Of a stretch of 21,791 nt of DNA, positions 7,101-17,091 are shown piece by piece. The notes under the pieces are model-generated. The model saw only the letters and a list, made by a program, of their open reading frames with translations. It made no database searches and was not told where the DNA came from. Both the position numbers and the translations under genes were made by a program. Numbering within the stretch: the first letter of the stretch is position 1; every line of letters begins with the position of its first letter. Source of the DNA: Octopus sinensis (taxonomy: Eukaryota); the NCBI RefSeq assembly GCF_006345805.1, contig NW_021825551.1, positions 1 to 21,791 on the forward strand, written 5' to 3'.

Positions 7101-9277
7101 TTCGATCAATTGTTATCTTGCAAAAATTCGATCAACTGTCCACTGGTGTAAATTCGATCAACTGTCTACTAGCGAAAATTCGATCAACTGTACACTAACG
7201 AAAATTCGATCAAATGTCCATTAGTGCAAATTCGATCAATTGTCCCATCGCGAAAATTCGATCGACTGTCCTCTTGATTAAATTCGATCAACTGTCCTCT
7301 AACGCAAATTCGATAATCTGTCCACTAGTGTAAATTCGATAAACTATCAACTGGTCTAAATTCGGTCAACTGTCCACTAGTGCAAATTCGATCAACTGTC
7401 CACTGGTGTAAATTTGATCAGCTGTCCAAAAGTGCAAATTCGCTCAATTTGCGAAAATATGCGAAAATTTGATCAACTGTCCACTGGTGTTAATTCGATC
7501 AACTGTCTAATAGCACAAATTTTATCAACTCTCTACTTGTGCAAATGAGATCAATTGTCCACCAGAAAAAATTTGTTCAACTGTCCACTAGCGAAAATCC
7601 GATCAACTTTTCACTAACAAAATTCAATCAACTGTTCACTGGTCTTAATCCGATCAACTGTCCACTAGTGTAAATTCGATCAACTGTCAACTAGCGAAAA
7701 TTCGATCAATCCACTAGTGAAAATTCGATCAACTGTCCACTAGCGAAAATTCGATCAACTCTCCACTGGTGTAAATTCGATCAACTGTTCACTAGCAATG
7801 ATTTGATCAACTGTCCACTAGTGAAAATTCGATCAAATGTCCACTAGCGAAAATTCGATCAAATGTCCACTGGTGTAAATTTGATCAACTGTCCACTAAC
7901 GAAAATTCGATCAAATGTCCATTAGTGCAAATTCGATCAATAGTCCACTCACGAAAATTCGATCAACTGTCCTCTGGAGTAAATTCGATCAACTGTCTAC
8001 TAGCACAAATTCGATTAACTGTCCACTGGTGTAAATTCGATAAACTGTCAACTGGTCTAAATTCGATCAACTGTCCACTAGTGCAAATTCGATCAACTGT
8101 ACACTAGTGTAAATTCGATCAACTGTTCACTAGCAAGGATTCGATCAACTGTCCACTGGTGTAAATTCGATCAACTGTCTACTTTACCAAATTTGATCAA
8201 CTGTCGACTGGTGTAAATTTGATCAACTCTCTACTTGTGCATTTCAATCAATTGTTCACTAGCGAAAATACCATCAACTCTCCTTAGGTCTAAATTCGAT
8301 CAACTGTCCACTAGCGCAAATTCGATCAACTGTCCACTGGTCTAAATTGGATAAACTGTCCACTGTCCACTCGATGAAGTGTCTACTTGTGCAAATTCGA
8401 TCAACTGTCCACTAGCGCAAATTCAATCAACTGTCCAATTGTATAAATTCGATTAACTGTCAACTTTTGCAAATCGATAAACTGCCCACTGGTGTATATT
8501 TGATCAACTGTCTACTTGTGCATTTCGATCAATTGTCCACTTGCAAAAATTTGATAGACTGTCCACTAGTCTAATTTCGTTCAACTGTCTACTTTACCAA
8601 ATTTGATCAACTGTCGACTGGTGTAAATTTGATCAACTCTCTACTTGTGCATTTCAATCAATTGTTCACTAGCGAAAATACCATCAACTCTCCTTAGGTC
8701 TAAATTCGATCAACTGTCCACTGGTCTAAATTGGATAAACTGTCCACTGTCCACTCGATGAAGTGTCTACTTGTGCAAATTCGATCAACTGTCCACTAGC
8801 GCAAATTCAATCAACTGTCCAATTGTATAAATTCGATTAACTGTCAACTTTTGCAAATTCGATAAACTTCCCACTGGTGTATATTTGATCAACTGTCTAC
8901 TTGTGCATTTCGATCAATTGTCCACTTGCAAAAATTTGATAGACTGTCCACTAGTCTAATTTCGTTCAACTGTCTACTTGTGTAAATTCGATCAACTGTC
9001 CACTAGCGAAATTTCGATCAACCATCCACTAGCGCAAATTCCGATCAACTTTCGACTGGTGTAAATTCTATTAACTGTCCTCTAGCGAAAATTCGATCAA
9101 CTGTCCACTAGCGAAAATTTGATCAGCTGTCCACTAGCTCAAATAAGATCAACTGTCCAATAGCGAAAATTCGATCAACTGTCCATTAGCGAAAATTCGA
9201 TCAACTGTCTATTAGCGAAAATTCGATCAACTGTCCATTAGCGAAAATTCGATAAACTGTCCACTGGTCTAACTTCG
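4119..9277. repeat. Satellite array, 26-bp unit, ~200 copies; consensus AAATTCGATCAACTGTCCACT plus a variable 5-mer (AGCGA/GGTGT/GGTCT/AGTGT/AGCAA/TGTGC...)
   Basis: Period counted directly (aaaattcgatcaactgtccactagcg = 26 nt). Internal higher-order duplications are present. Confidence 0.98.
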
Positions 9278-9280
9278 CTT

Positions 9281-9629
9281 GGATTGATGGATGGATGGAT
9301 TGACGGACGGATGGTGGGATGGATGGATGGATGGATGGATGGATGGATGGGTGGCTGAATGGATGGATGGACGGTTGGATGGATGGACGGACGGACGGAC
9401 GGAGGGATGGATGGATGGATGAATGGAGGACAGATGTACGAATGGATGATTGGAAGGATGGATGGAAGGATGGATCGATGGATGGATGGATGGATGGACG
9501 GACAGATGGACGGACGGACTGAGGGACGGACGCTTGGACGGACGGATGGATGGGTGGATGGATAGATGGATGGATGGATGGATAAATGGATTGATGGGCG
9601 AGTGGGTGGGAGGATGGATGGATGGGTGG
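9281..9629. repeat. (GGAT/GGAC)n tetranucleotide microsatellite
   Basis: Seen directly in the sequence. Confidence 0.97.
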
Positions 9630-9630
9630 T

Positions 9631-11290
9631 GCTTGCTTCCTTACTTACCTACTTACTAACTTGCTTGTTTGCGTGCTTGCTTGCTTGCTTCCTTACTTAC
9701 CTACTTACTTATTTACTTACTTGCTTACTTGCTTGCTTGCTTGCTTGCTTACTTACGTACTTACTTATTTACTTACTTACTTACCTGCTTACTTACTTAC
9801 TTGCTTACTTACTTGCTTACTTACTTGCTTACTTAATTATTTACTTATTTGTTTGCTTGCTTGCTTACTTACTTACGTACTTGCTTGCTTCCTTGCATGC
9901 ATGCTTGCTTGCTTACTTGCTTGCTTGCTTACTTCCTCACTTCCTCACTTACTTGCTTGCTTTCTTGCTTGCTTGCTTGCTAACGTACATACTTACTTGC
10001 TTACTTACTTACTTGCTTGCTTGCTTTCTTGTTTACTTACTAGCTTGCTTGCTTACTTACTTACTTCCTTGTTTGCTTGCTTATTTACTTACTTACTTAC
10101 ATACTTACTTACTTAGTTGCTTACTTGCTTGCTTGCTTCCTTTCTTACTTACTTACATACTTGCTTGGTTGCTTGCTTACTTACTTAATTACTCACTTAC
10201 TAACTTTCTTGCTTGCTTACTTACATACTTAATTACTTGCTTGCTTACTTACTTGCTTGCTTGCTTTCTTGCTTGCGTGCTGGCTTGCTTAGTTACTTAC
10301 TTTCTTGCTTGCTTGCTTGCCTGCTTGCTTGCTTGCTTACTTGCTTACTTACTTTCTTGTTTGCTTGCATGCTTGCTGGCTTTCTTGCTTACTTGCTTTC
10401 TTGCTTGCTTGCTTACTTGCTTACTTGCTTGCTTACTTACTTACTTAATTGCTTACTTACTTCCTTGCTTACTTGCTTACTTACTTACATATGTACTTAC
10501 TTACATACTTACTTACTTACTTAATTACTTGCTTGCTTGCTTATTCATTTACTTGCTTGCTAGCATGCTTGCTTGCTTAGTTACTTACTTACTTGCTTGC
10601 TTACTTGCCTGCTTGCTTGCTTGCGTGCTTGCTTGCTTGCTTACTTACTTACTTTCTTGCTTGTGTGTTTACTTACTTACTTGCTAGCTTGCTTGCTTCC
10701 CTGCGTGCTTGCTTGCTTGATTTCTTGCTTGATTGCTTACTTGCTGCTTCTTTCCTTCCTTCCTTACTTACTTACTTCATTACTTGGTTGCTTGCTTACA
10801 TACTTGCTTACTTACTTACTTACTTGCTTACCTACTTGCTTGCTTGCTTACTTACTTACTTACTTACGTACTTACTTACTTGCTTACTTGCTTACTTACT
10901 TACTTACTTGCTTGCTTGCTTACTTACTTGCTTACTTACTTGCTTACTTTCTTGCTTGCTTGCTTACTTACTTACTTAATTGCTTCCTTGCTTGTTTACT
11001 TACTTACATACTTACTTACTTACTTATTTGCTTGATTGATTGCTTGCTTGCCTACTTGTTTGCTTGCTTGCTTACTTACTTAATTACTTACTTGCTTGTT
11101 GGCTTACTTGCTTACTTACTTGCTTGCTTCCTTACTTTCTTGCATACTTACATACTTGCTTACTTGCTTGCTTGATTGCTTGATTGCTTACTTACTTACT
11201 TACTTCTTTACTTGCTTGCTTACTTACTTGCTTACTTACTTGCTTGCTTGCTTGCTTGCTCCCATCCTTCTTTACTTACTTACTTATTTT
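9631..11290. repeat. (CTTA/CTTG)n binary tetranucleotide array, ~1.66 kb
   Basis: Seen directly; it accounts for the LLAC/LLTY ORFs. Confidence 0.98.
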
Positions 11291-11297
11291 GATATAT

Positions 11298-11525
11298 ATA
11301 TAGTTAATTTTGAAAAAAAAACAGAATAAAAGAAACATGACGACAAGGAAAGTAATAATATGACGTTCGGAGAAGGAAAAGAGTAGTTGTTTTACGTTTC
11401 GATCCTAGCTCTTCTTCGGAAACAGGAAAAAATAGGAAGGTCCAAAAGGAAAAGAAGAAGGGTACATCTTTGAATACGACAAATAGAAAGTGCCTTCTGG
11501 GATAGAAGGTATGAAGATGGTCGGT
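11298..11525 (-). mobile_element. 'Family 1' PLE-type pseudo-LTR fragment
   Basis: Same layout as 16371-16570 and 20935-21123: pyrimidine-rich leader, HHR motif, T-rich tail ending ttaac|tata into (TA)n. Confidence 0.68.
11388..11424 (-). ncRNA. Minimal type I hammerhead variant (CCGAAGA core)
   Basis: Minus strand: UGUUU-CCGAAGA-A-GAGC UAG GAUC-GAAA-CG-UA-AAACA. Stem I is 5 bp, stem III is the palindrome ACGU, and the triplet is GUA. Confidence 0.7.
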
Positions 11526-12409
11526 ATGTATGTGTGTGTGAGTGTGTGGTGGCGTGTGTGTGTGCGTGTAATAGCGTGTGCATGTATGGTATCTATATTA
11601 AACCCCATGCAACACCAAAATATTTAACTACATTCAAAACAACTTGCTTATTCTACTTGAAGATCAATAGACGAGAGAGAGAGAGAAATGTTTGAAGATC
11701 AGCAGCTAAATTGCTTAGGATCTGATTTGGTCCAAATCTTCAGGTGGGCAAGAACTGGGATGAGGTTATGAACAATGTTCAGTCTTAAGCAGAAATGGAT
11801 TGAGAGTAACCTGACCTGAAGTGGTTGAGCAGAGGTGAAGCACGTTGCCTCTGGCCTCTATTACCGCTTAGGTTCAGGAGCAAAGACGACTAGATTGACT
11901 AGAACGTCTGCTCTTTCGCTTTTGGCGGAAGGAACCTTTTCTACTGGTCAAATGGACAATATGCTGAGTGAGTTTTGGTCAATGATGCGCAGACATGCAC
12001 TGAGACTACGGCTTCGGCAGCATTTCCCAGGCAGTGATGAAGGGCGCTTATCGATTAGAGCATCGTCAAGCACTCACAACCCTCTACTAGTAGGACAATA
12101 TGGAAATTTCATATTGGCACTTTATTTAGGGTTACTAGGGGAGTAAAAGCATCCACGTTCTCGGGGAATTTAGTGTATACATATACACGGGTTTCTGTAC
12201 TTTACATGAATTTTACGGTGGTGTCGCAGAATAATCGGACTATTTAATTGACCTTAGTAAATGACTGGTACTTTGATTTAACAATCCTAGAAGTATAACA
12301 GCAAAGCCAATTTCGATAAGACTGGACCAAACCAAAATCGTATTTTTCCGATGCTCTGCCGATTTCAAAATACCTGTCTTCCTTACTACACTAGTTATAA
12401 AATCCTAAA

Positions 12410-12690
12410 GCTCCACGAGGCTCCGGCAGGGGATGATGGTGATCCCTGCTGTACTCTTTCACCACAACTTCTCTCACTCTTACTTCCTGTTCTGTTGTAC
12501 CTGTATTTCAAAGGACACGGCCTTGTCACTCTCTGTGTCAGCTGAATATCCCCGAGACTACGTTAAGGGTACACGTGTCTGTGGAGTGCTCAGCCCCTTA
12601 CACGTTAATTTCACGAGCAGGCGTTCCGTGATTCGGATCACCGGAACCCCTCGTCGTCGTAACCGACGGAGTGCTTCCAGTTATAAAATA
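12410..12690 (+). mobile_element. Probable 3' part of an interspersed retroposon (SINE/LINE tail type)
   Basis: From memory it resembles an abundant octopus repeat (actacgttaagggtacacgtgtctgtggagtgctcagcc...cgtcgtcgtaaccgacggagtgc), and it contains several hairpins. There is no second copy in the window to confirm. Confidence 0.4.
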
Positions 12691-13794
12691 CCACGTTTGA
12701 AAGGACGCACTTTGGCAAATCTAGATTTTATGCTTATTACTCCTCTCTTCACTTTAACTTTTACCCTCCATCTTTCGTTGGAATCTATCATTCTCCATTC
12801 TTCTCAAATTAACAATGTTCATATTAATCTTCACCTAGTTGTCATCTCTTTTGGTGTTTACGTCCCCCGCTTTCCAGTATTTTCAAGTTTTTAACGTTCT
12901 GCTTGATTATCTCCCCTCTTTGGCCGTTGTCCAGCACGTGTCACTTATGACATTTTCTTCCATTTTTCAACATTTCTCTCTTCCTATCTCCAGCTACTCT
13001 TAATCTTTCTTTTTGCTACCTTCAGGAAAAAATGCTCACTAGCCAATGGTTCTGCCAGAAATATTGAGCTTTACTACTTCCTCATGGCAAAGCAATTTAT
13101 TCTACTTTAGAAATATTTATCAGAAAATGACAAGATAATCACAGCTGGAAATCCTTTAAATATTGTTCTACGCAATCAAGACTGACCTACTCCGTAAACA
13201 ACAACGACGACGGTGACTACCTCAATATATAGGTTGCAATGTCAACTACCAATTATCACTCCTAACCGATAGACACCATACAGATTTCTAAGAATTGTAA
13301 ATTAAACGAATGTGTCAATTGCTTCTAATAATTCTCGTCAAGCTGCCATACTGGTTTTTCTAATTCACGTCAAACGTCCATATTGATTCATTTAATACCC
13401 GTTAAACCTCCTTATTGATTCTATTAATTCCCGTTAAACATTTATATTGCTTCTTCTAATTCTCATTAAACCTCTGTAGACGATATAATCAGTGATGAAG
13501 CATAAGCAAATTTAATGGAAATCACTTGAGACAAAGTAGAGAAGTTAATTAAGGTAAAATAACTCGACGGCGTTGTAATATCAAATATATTTGTTTTTGA
13601 GTATCATCACAAACAGTGTTTATGTAACGTTATCAAACGCTGTATTTCCTCCGACTGAGAAGATCCTTAAGAAAGGGGGATAACAACAATAACAATCTCA
13701 TCTGTTTTACAGCTAACAACTCACCAACAGCATATCTCTAGATGTGCTACTTCTTCAAAATGTTAGTGTAACATGACTTATATCCATGCAGTTG

Positions 13795-13855
13795 CACACA
13801 CACACACACGCACACACGTACACGCACACGCACACACGCACATACATACATGCAT
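13795..13855. repeat. (CA)n with CG variants
   Basis: Seen directly in the sequence. Confidence 0.95.
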
Positions 13856-14019
13856 AAGTTGCCTCACAAGTGCTAGGCGAAAACACAAAAGAAATAAAAC
13901 AAGTGAAAGGATTTAAACAGCGTTCGATTCTTTCCTAAGGAATATTGCTTCTGTTATATTTGTATATAAACAAAGAAAATACCTCCGTCACTTCTGACTA
14001 ATTTTTCTATCATAATTAA

Positions 14020-14100
14020 CACACACACGCGCACGCGCACACACACAGACACACACACAGACACACACACACAGACACACACACAGACACACACATATAT
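14020..14100. repeat. (CA)n/(CACAGA)n microsatellite
   Basis: Seen directly in the sequence. Confidence 0.95.
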
Positions 14101-14104
14101 TAAT

Positions 14105-14473
14105 TTATTATTTTACTTGCTTCAGTCATTTGACTGCGGCCATGCTGGAGCACCGCCCTTAGTCGAGCAAATCGACCCCAGGACTTATTTTTGTAAGCCT
14201 AGAACTTATTCTATCAGTCTGATTTGCCGAACCGTTATGTTACGGGGACGTAAACACACTAGCATCTGTTGTCAAGCGATGTTGGGGTGGGGTGGACAAA
14301 CACAGACACACAAACATATACACACACATACATATATACACGACGAGCATCTTTCAGTTTCCGTCTACCAAATGCACTCAAAAGGCTTTGGTCGGCCCGA
14401 GGCTATTGTAGAAGACACTTGCCCAAGGTGCCACGCAGTGGGACTGAACCCGGAACCACGTGGTTGGTAAGCA
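14105..14473 (-). mobile_element. CORE-type tRNA-derived SINE (octopus OR-like), 5' end clipped
   Basis: Minus strand has B box gggttcagtccc, CORE-like caccttgggcaagtgtcttcta, an internal (TG) tract, and tail ggcggtgctccagcatggccgcagtcaaatgactgaagcaagtaaaa. Confidence 0.88.
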
Positions 14474-14820
14474 CTGACGGCTTCTGTGTTGTTGTTGAGC
14501 GTATTCGGGCTTGTGTCAGGAGACTTTTCATAGGTTTGGGTTGTCTCTTGCTTTTTATGATGGTGTGTATTTGGAGGATTAAGTTCATTCTGTGGTCCTT
14601 TTTTAGCAGGGGAATGTTTTGAACGATGGTGTCGAAGGCTTCGTTGTTAAGAGGGTTGTGTGTAGAGATGTATGGTAGGGCTTTTGGTTGTAAATTCTTC
14701 TTTAATTTGGGATGTCTGAGTTCCTTGATGTTGCGTTGATACCATATGTCAATTAGTGAAGGTGGGTAGTTCTTGGTGATGAGTGTATCCTTAGTTCATG
14801 TAGTGATGTGTCTCTGGAGG
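14474..14820 (-). pseudogene. Penelope-like element ORF fragment (region between RT thumb and GIY-YIG endonuclease)
   Basis: An open frame extends upstream of the tracked ORF: DTLITKNYPPSLID...KELR...KALPYISTHNPLNNEAFDTIVQNIPLLKKDHRMNLILQIHTIIKSKRQPKPMKSLLTQAR. The YP..LI, LPY.STHNP and IKSKRQP..L..LLT motifs are typical of PLE proteins. There is a frameshift near 14795. Confidence 0.8.
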
Positions 14821-14827
14821 TACTATA

Positions 14828-14870
14828 GTCGGCCCGAGACTATAGTAAAAGACACTTACCTACGGCGCCA
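14828..14870 (-). mobile_element. 43-bp fragment of the CORE-type SINE
   Basis: gtcggcccgagactatagtaaaagacacttacctacggcgcca versus gtcggcccgaggctattgtagaagacacttgcccaaggtgcca at 14391-14433. Confidence 0.65.
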
Positions 14871-15034
14871 TATATATATATTCGGCTAAGCCTGGCCTTC
14901 CTTGGTTCGGCCGCCGTCCATGCAACATCTATATTCCTCCCTGTGTCTGTGAAATCTTGTATCCCTGCCGTAAAGCTTTACTTCAACACACACCAGTTTA
15001 ATTTAATTCGTCCTTAGTCGAAAAACACCTGGCT

Positions 15035-15335
15035 TTATGTCCTGTTATTTGTATTTGTGTAATATTCTCCATTTTTTCCGTCCTTGTTTTCGTATACATT
15101 CGCTGCTTTCTTCCAAGGAATCTAATGCTCTTAGCTTAGTTTTTCCTTGGGGCTGGCCATATTGGAGCAACCTTGAGCATAACCAGCCGAAATTGCAAAG
15201 ATAATCTGGAAGTCGACTGAGGAAAGAAAACTCCGAATGATCCGTCCTTATTTTCTTTGTATCGTCTGAATGTTTTGTTCCTTTTTAGTATCACCTAACT
15301 GTCTGGAGGTTATGCGTTCTTGTCCCATTTTGTAT
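15035..15335 (+). mobile_element. Structured repeat 'family 2', second near-complete copy
   Basis: Aligns with 1900-2198 (see that entry) and ends in (TA)n. Confidence 0.75.
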
Positions 15336-15366
<31 letters not shown>

Positions 15367-15368
15367 TA

Positions 15369-15402
<34 letters not shown>

Positions 15403-15418
15403 TGTGTGTGTGTGTGTG

Positions 15419-15578
15419 TGTAAATGTAATATGTGACAGTTATTCGGTAGCCATGATAAAATCCGAGTTTCGGATGTCGGTCAGATAACTGAAGAGATGG
15501 CGGCTGGATTTCCACCCCGACATCCGAAACTCGGATTTTATCATGGCTACCGAATAATTGTCACATATTACATTTACA
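15419..15578. repeat. Inverted repeat: 62-bp arms (15419-15480, 15517-15578), 1 mismatch, 36-nt spacer
   Basis: Direct reverse-complement comparison. Confidence 0.97.
15484..15542 (+). ncRNA. Type I hammerhead-like motif
   Basis: GAUAA(15484-88)-CUGAAGA(15489-95)-stem II GAUG...CAUC with an inner hairpin-extra C-GAAA(15526-29)-quasi-palindromic ACUCGGAU-U-UUAUC(15538-42). Deviations are one extra C, an AUU triplet and a C-A mismatch in stem III. Confidence 0.6.
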
Positions 15579-15645
15579 GATAAATTCCTCTATTTACATA
15601 ATAACGAGGTCTCTTTCTTTCTTTTGTTGTCTTACCATTTCTATC

Positions 15646-15691
15646 AATATATATATATATATATGTATGTATGTATGTATAAACGCACACA

Positions 15692-15732
<41 letters not shown>
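15646..15732. repeat. (TA)n/(TATG)n/(CA)n compound microsatellite
   Basis: Seen directly in the sequence. Confidence 0.95.
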
Positions 15733-15737
<5 letters not shown>

Positions 15738-16069
15738 TTTTTACTACTAGATACGATCTTTCAGGCGACAAGTAATCCTTTTCAGCCATAAAGTATCCGT
15801 TTCAATACAAAATTGCTCTTTCATTTTTTTTCTAGCGCCAGTCACCTCAAAGGCATCGGCGGTTCATGCGGCGTGGCAGTCATCAGATATAATTGGCTGT
15901 GTTATGATCTTGGTTTTCATTACGTTTTTGTTTCATAGTTATTAATAGCACATTTGATTAATTACTTCATTCAAGCCGCTTACGGATTTATTTCACAAAC
16001 TCCTCCCCACCTCGCGTACACACTCATGTACACTCAGTGAATAGGCAGATGAACGTACGTCTGTGTGCC

Positions 16070-16271
16070 GGTATGTATGTATATATGTACGCTTATATAT
16101 ACTTTTATTCATTCTTTTATTCTTATACTTGCTTCAGTCAATATGTATATATATATATATATACATATGTATGTATATATATTAACAACACACACACACA
16201 CACGCATATATACATTTATCACCCACATACACATATATATATACTTATATATATATATACATATTATACAC

Positions 16272-16320
<49 letters not shown>

Positions 16321-16370
16321 TATATATATAAACCTATATACACATATATATGCTATATATATTATATATA
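16070..16370. repeat. Compound (TA)n/(CA)n region, with a ~25-bp SINE tail remnant at ~16115-16140
   Basis: Seen directly; tacttgcttcagtca matches 14114-14128. Confidence 0.9.
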
Positions 16371-16570
16371 GTTAATCCAAACAAGAAAGCACAAAAAAAC
16401 ACACAACGACGCGAGGACGTGGAACAAATATAGTATTATTGGACGCTCAGGAAAGAAGGAAAGAAGGAGGGTTTAACGTTTCGAGCGGAGCTCTTCGTCG
16501 GAAACATAGAGAAGGAAAGATCCAGAGAAGGGAAGACAGAGGAAAAGAAATCGCCAACGGTACAACACTA
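16371..16570 (-). mobile_element. 'Family 1' PLE-type pseudo-LTR embedded in (TA)n on both sides
   Basis: Homologous to 20935-21123 in opposite orientation (cgtgaggacgtgg vs cgcgaggacgtgg; ctcaggaaag; gaaRaaatcgcc). Confidence 0.78.
16471..16505 (-). ncRNA. Minimal type I hammerhead variant (CCGACGA core)
   Basis: Minus strand: GUUU-CCGACGA-A-GAGC UCC GCUC-GAAA-CG-UU-AAAC. Stems I and II are 4 bp each, stem III is the palindrome ACGU, and the triplet is GUU. Confidence 0.72.
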
Positions 16571-16631
16571 TATACACATATATCTACGTTATATGTATAT
16601 ATATAGTAAATATATTATATTATTTTATATA

Positions 16632-16683
<52 letters not shown>

Positions 16684-16803
16684 TCCAGCTACCCATCTGC
16701 CAACCAATTTATCTATCCTATCTATCTATCTATCTATCTATCTGTCTATATATATATATATCTATATATATATATCCATATTGTGTGTGTGTGTGTATGT
16801 ATA

Positions 16804-16838
<35 letters not shown>

Positions 16839-16915
16839 ATTGTATATATGTATGTATGTATGTAGATATATATGTATATATATATATATATACATACATT
16901 TAGAGAGAGAGAGTG
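16571..16915. repeat. Compound (TA)n/(CTAT)n/(TG)n/(GA)n microsatellites
   Basis: Seen directly in the sequence. Confidence 0.92.
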
Positions 16916-17091
16916 GCGAGAGGAAGATGGGTAGAGCAATAGAGTGAAAGTGAGAGAGAGACAACCAGCCACAGTAAGGAAAAATATAGACAGACTGAAA
17001 CGTATATTATGCATATATGTTTGTGTGTGTGTGTGTTTATGTGCGAGTATGTGTACGTTTGTAATTACATATTCGCTCACCCGTACACGAA

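Noticed and set aside
4119-9277. CRISPR-like array (constant repeat plus variable part)
   Set aside because: The variable part is only ~5 nt and is reused, there are no unique spacers, leader or cas genes, and the context is eukaryotic.
9281-9629. G-quadruplex regulatory element in (GGAY)n
   Set aside because: Mostly GG tracts (two-tier, weak); nothing beyond a generic property of the microsatellite.
9319-11329. MDGW and LLAC/LLTY ORFs resembling membrane proteins
   Set aside because: They are products of the (GGAY)n and (CTTR)n microsatellites.
11835-12894. ORFs 11835-12146 and 12433-12894 as genes
   Set aside because: No recognisable motifs or similarity; the second overlaps a probable repeat and pyrimidine-rich sequence.
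15820-15900. CUGAUGA on the minus strand (~15880-15886) as another hammerhead
   Set aside because: No properly placed GAAA after a closed stem II, and no stem III, NUH or stem I.
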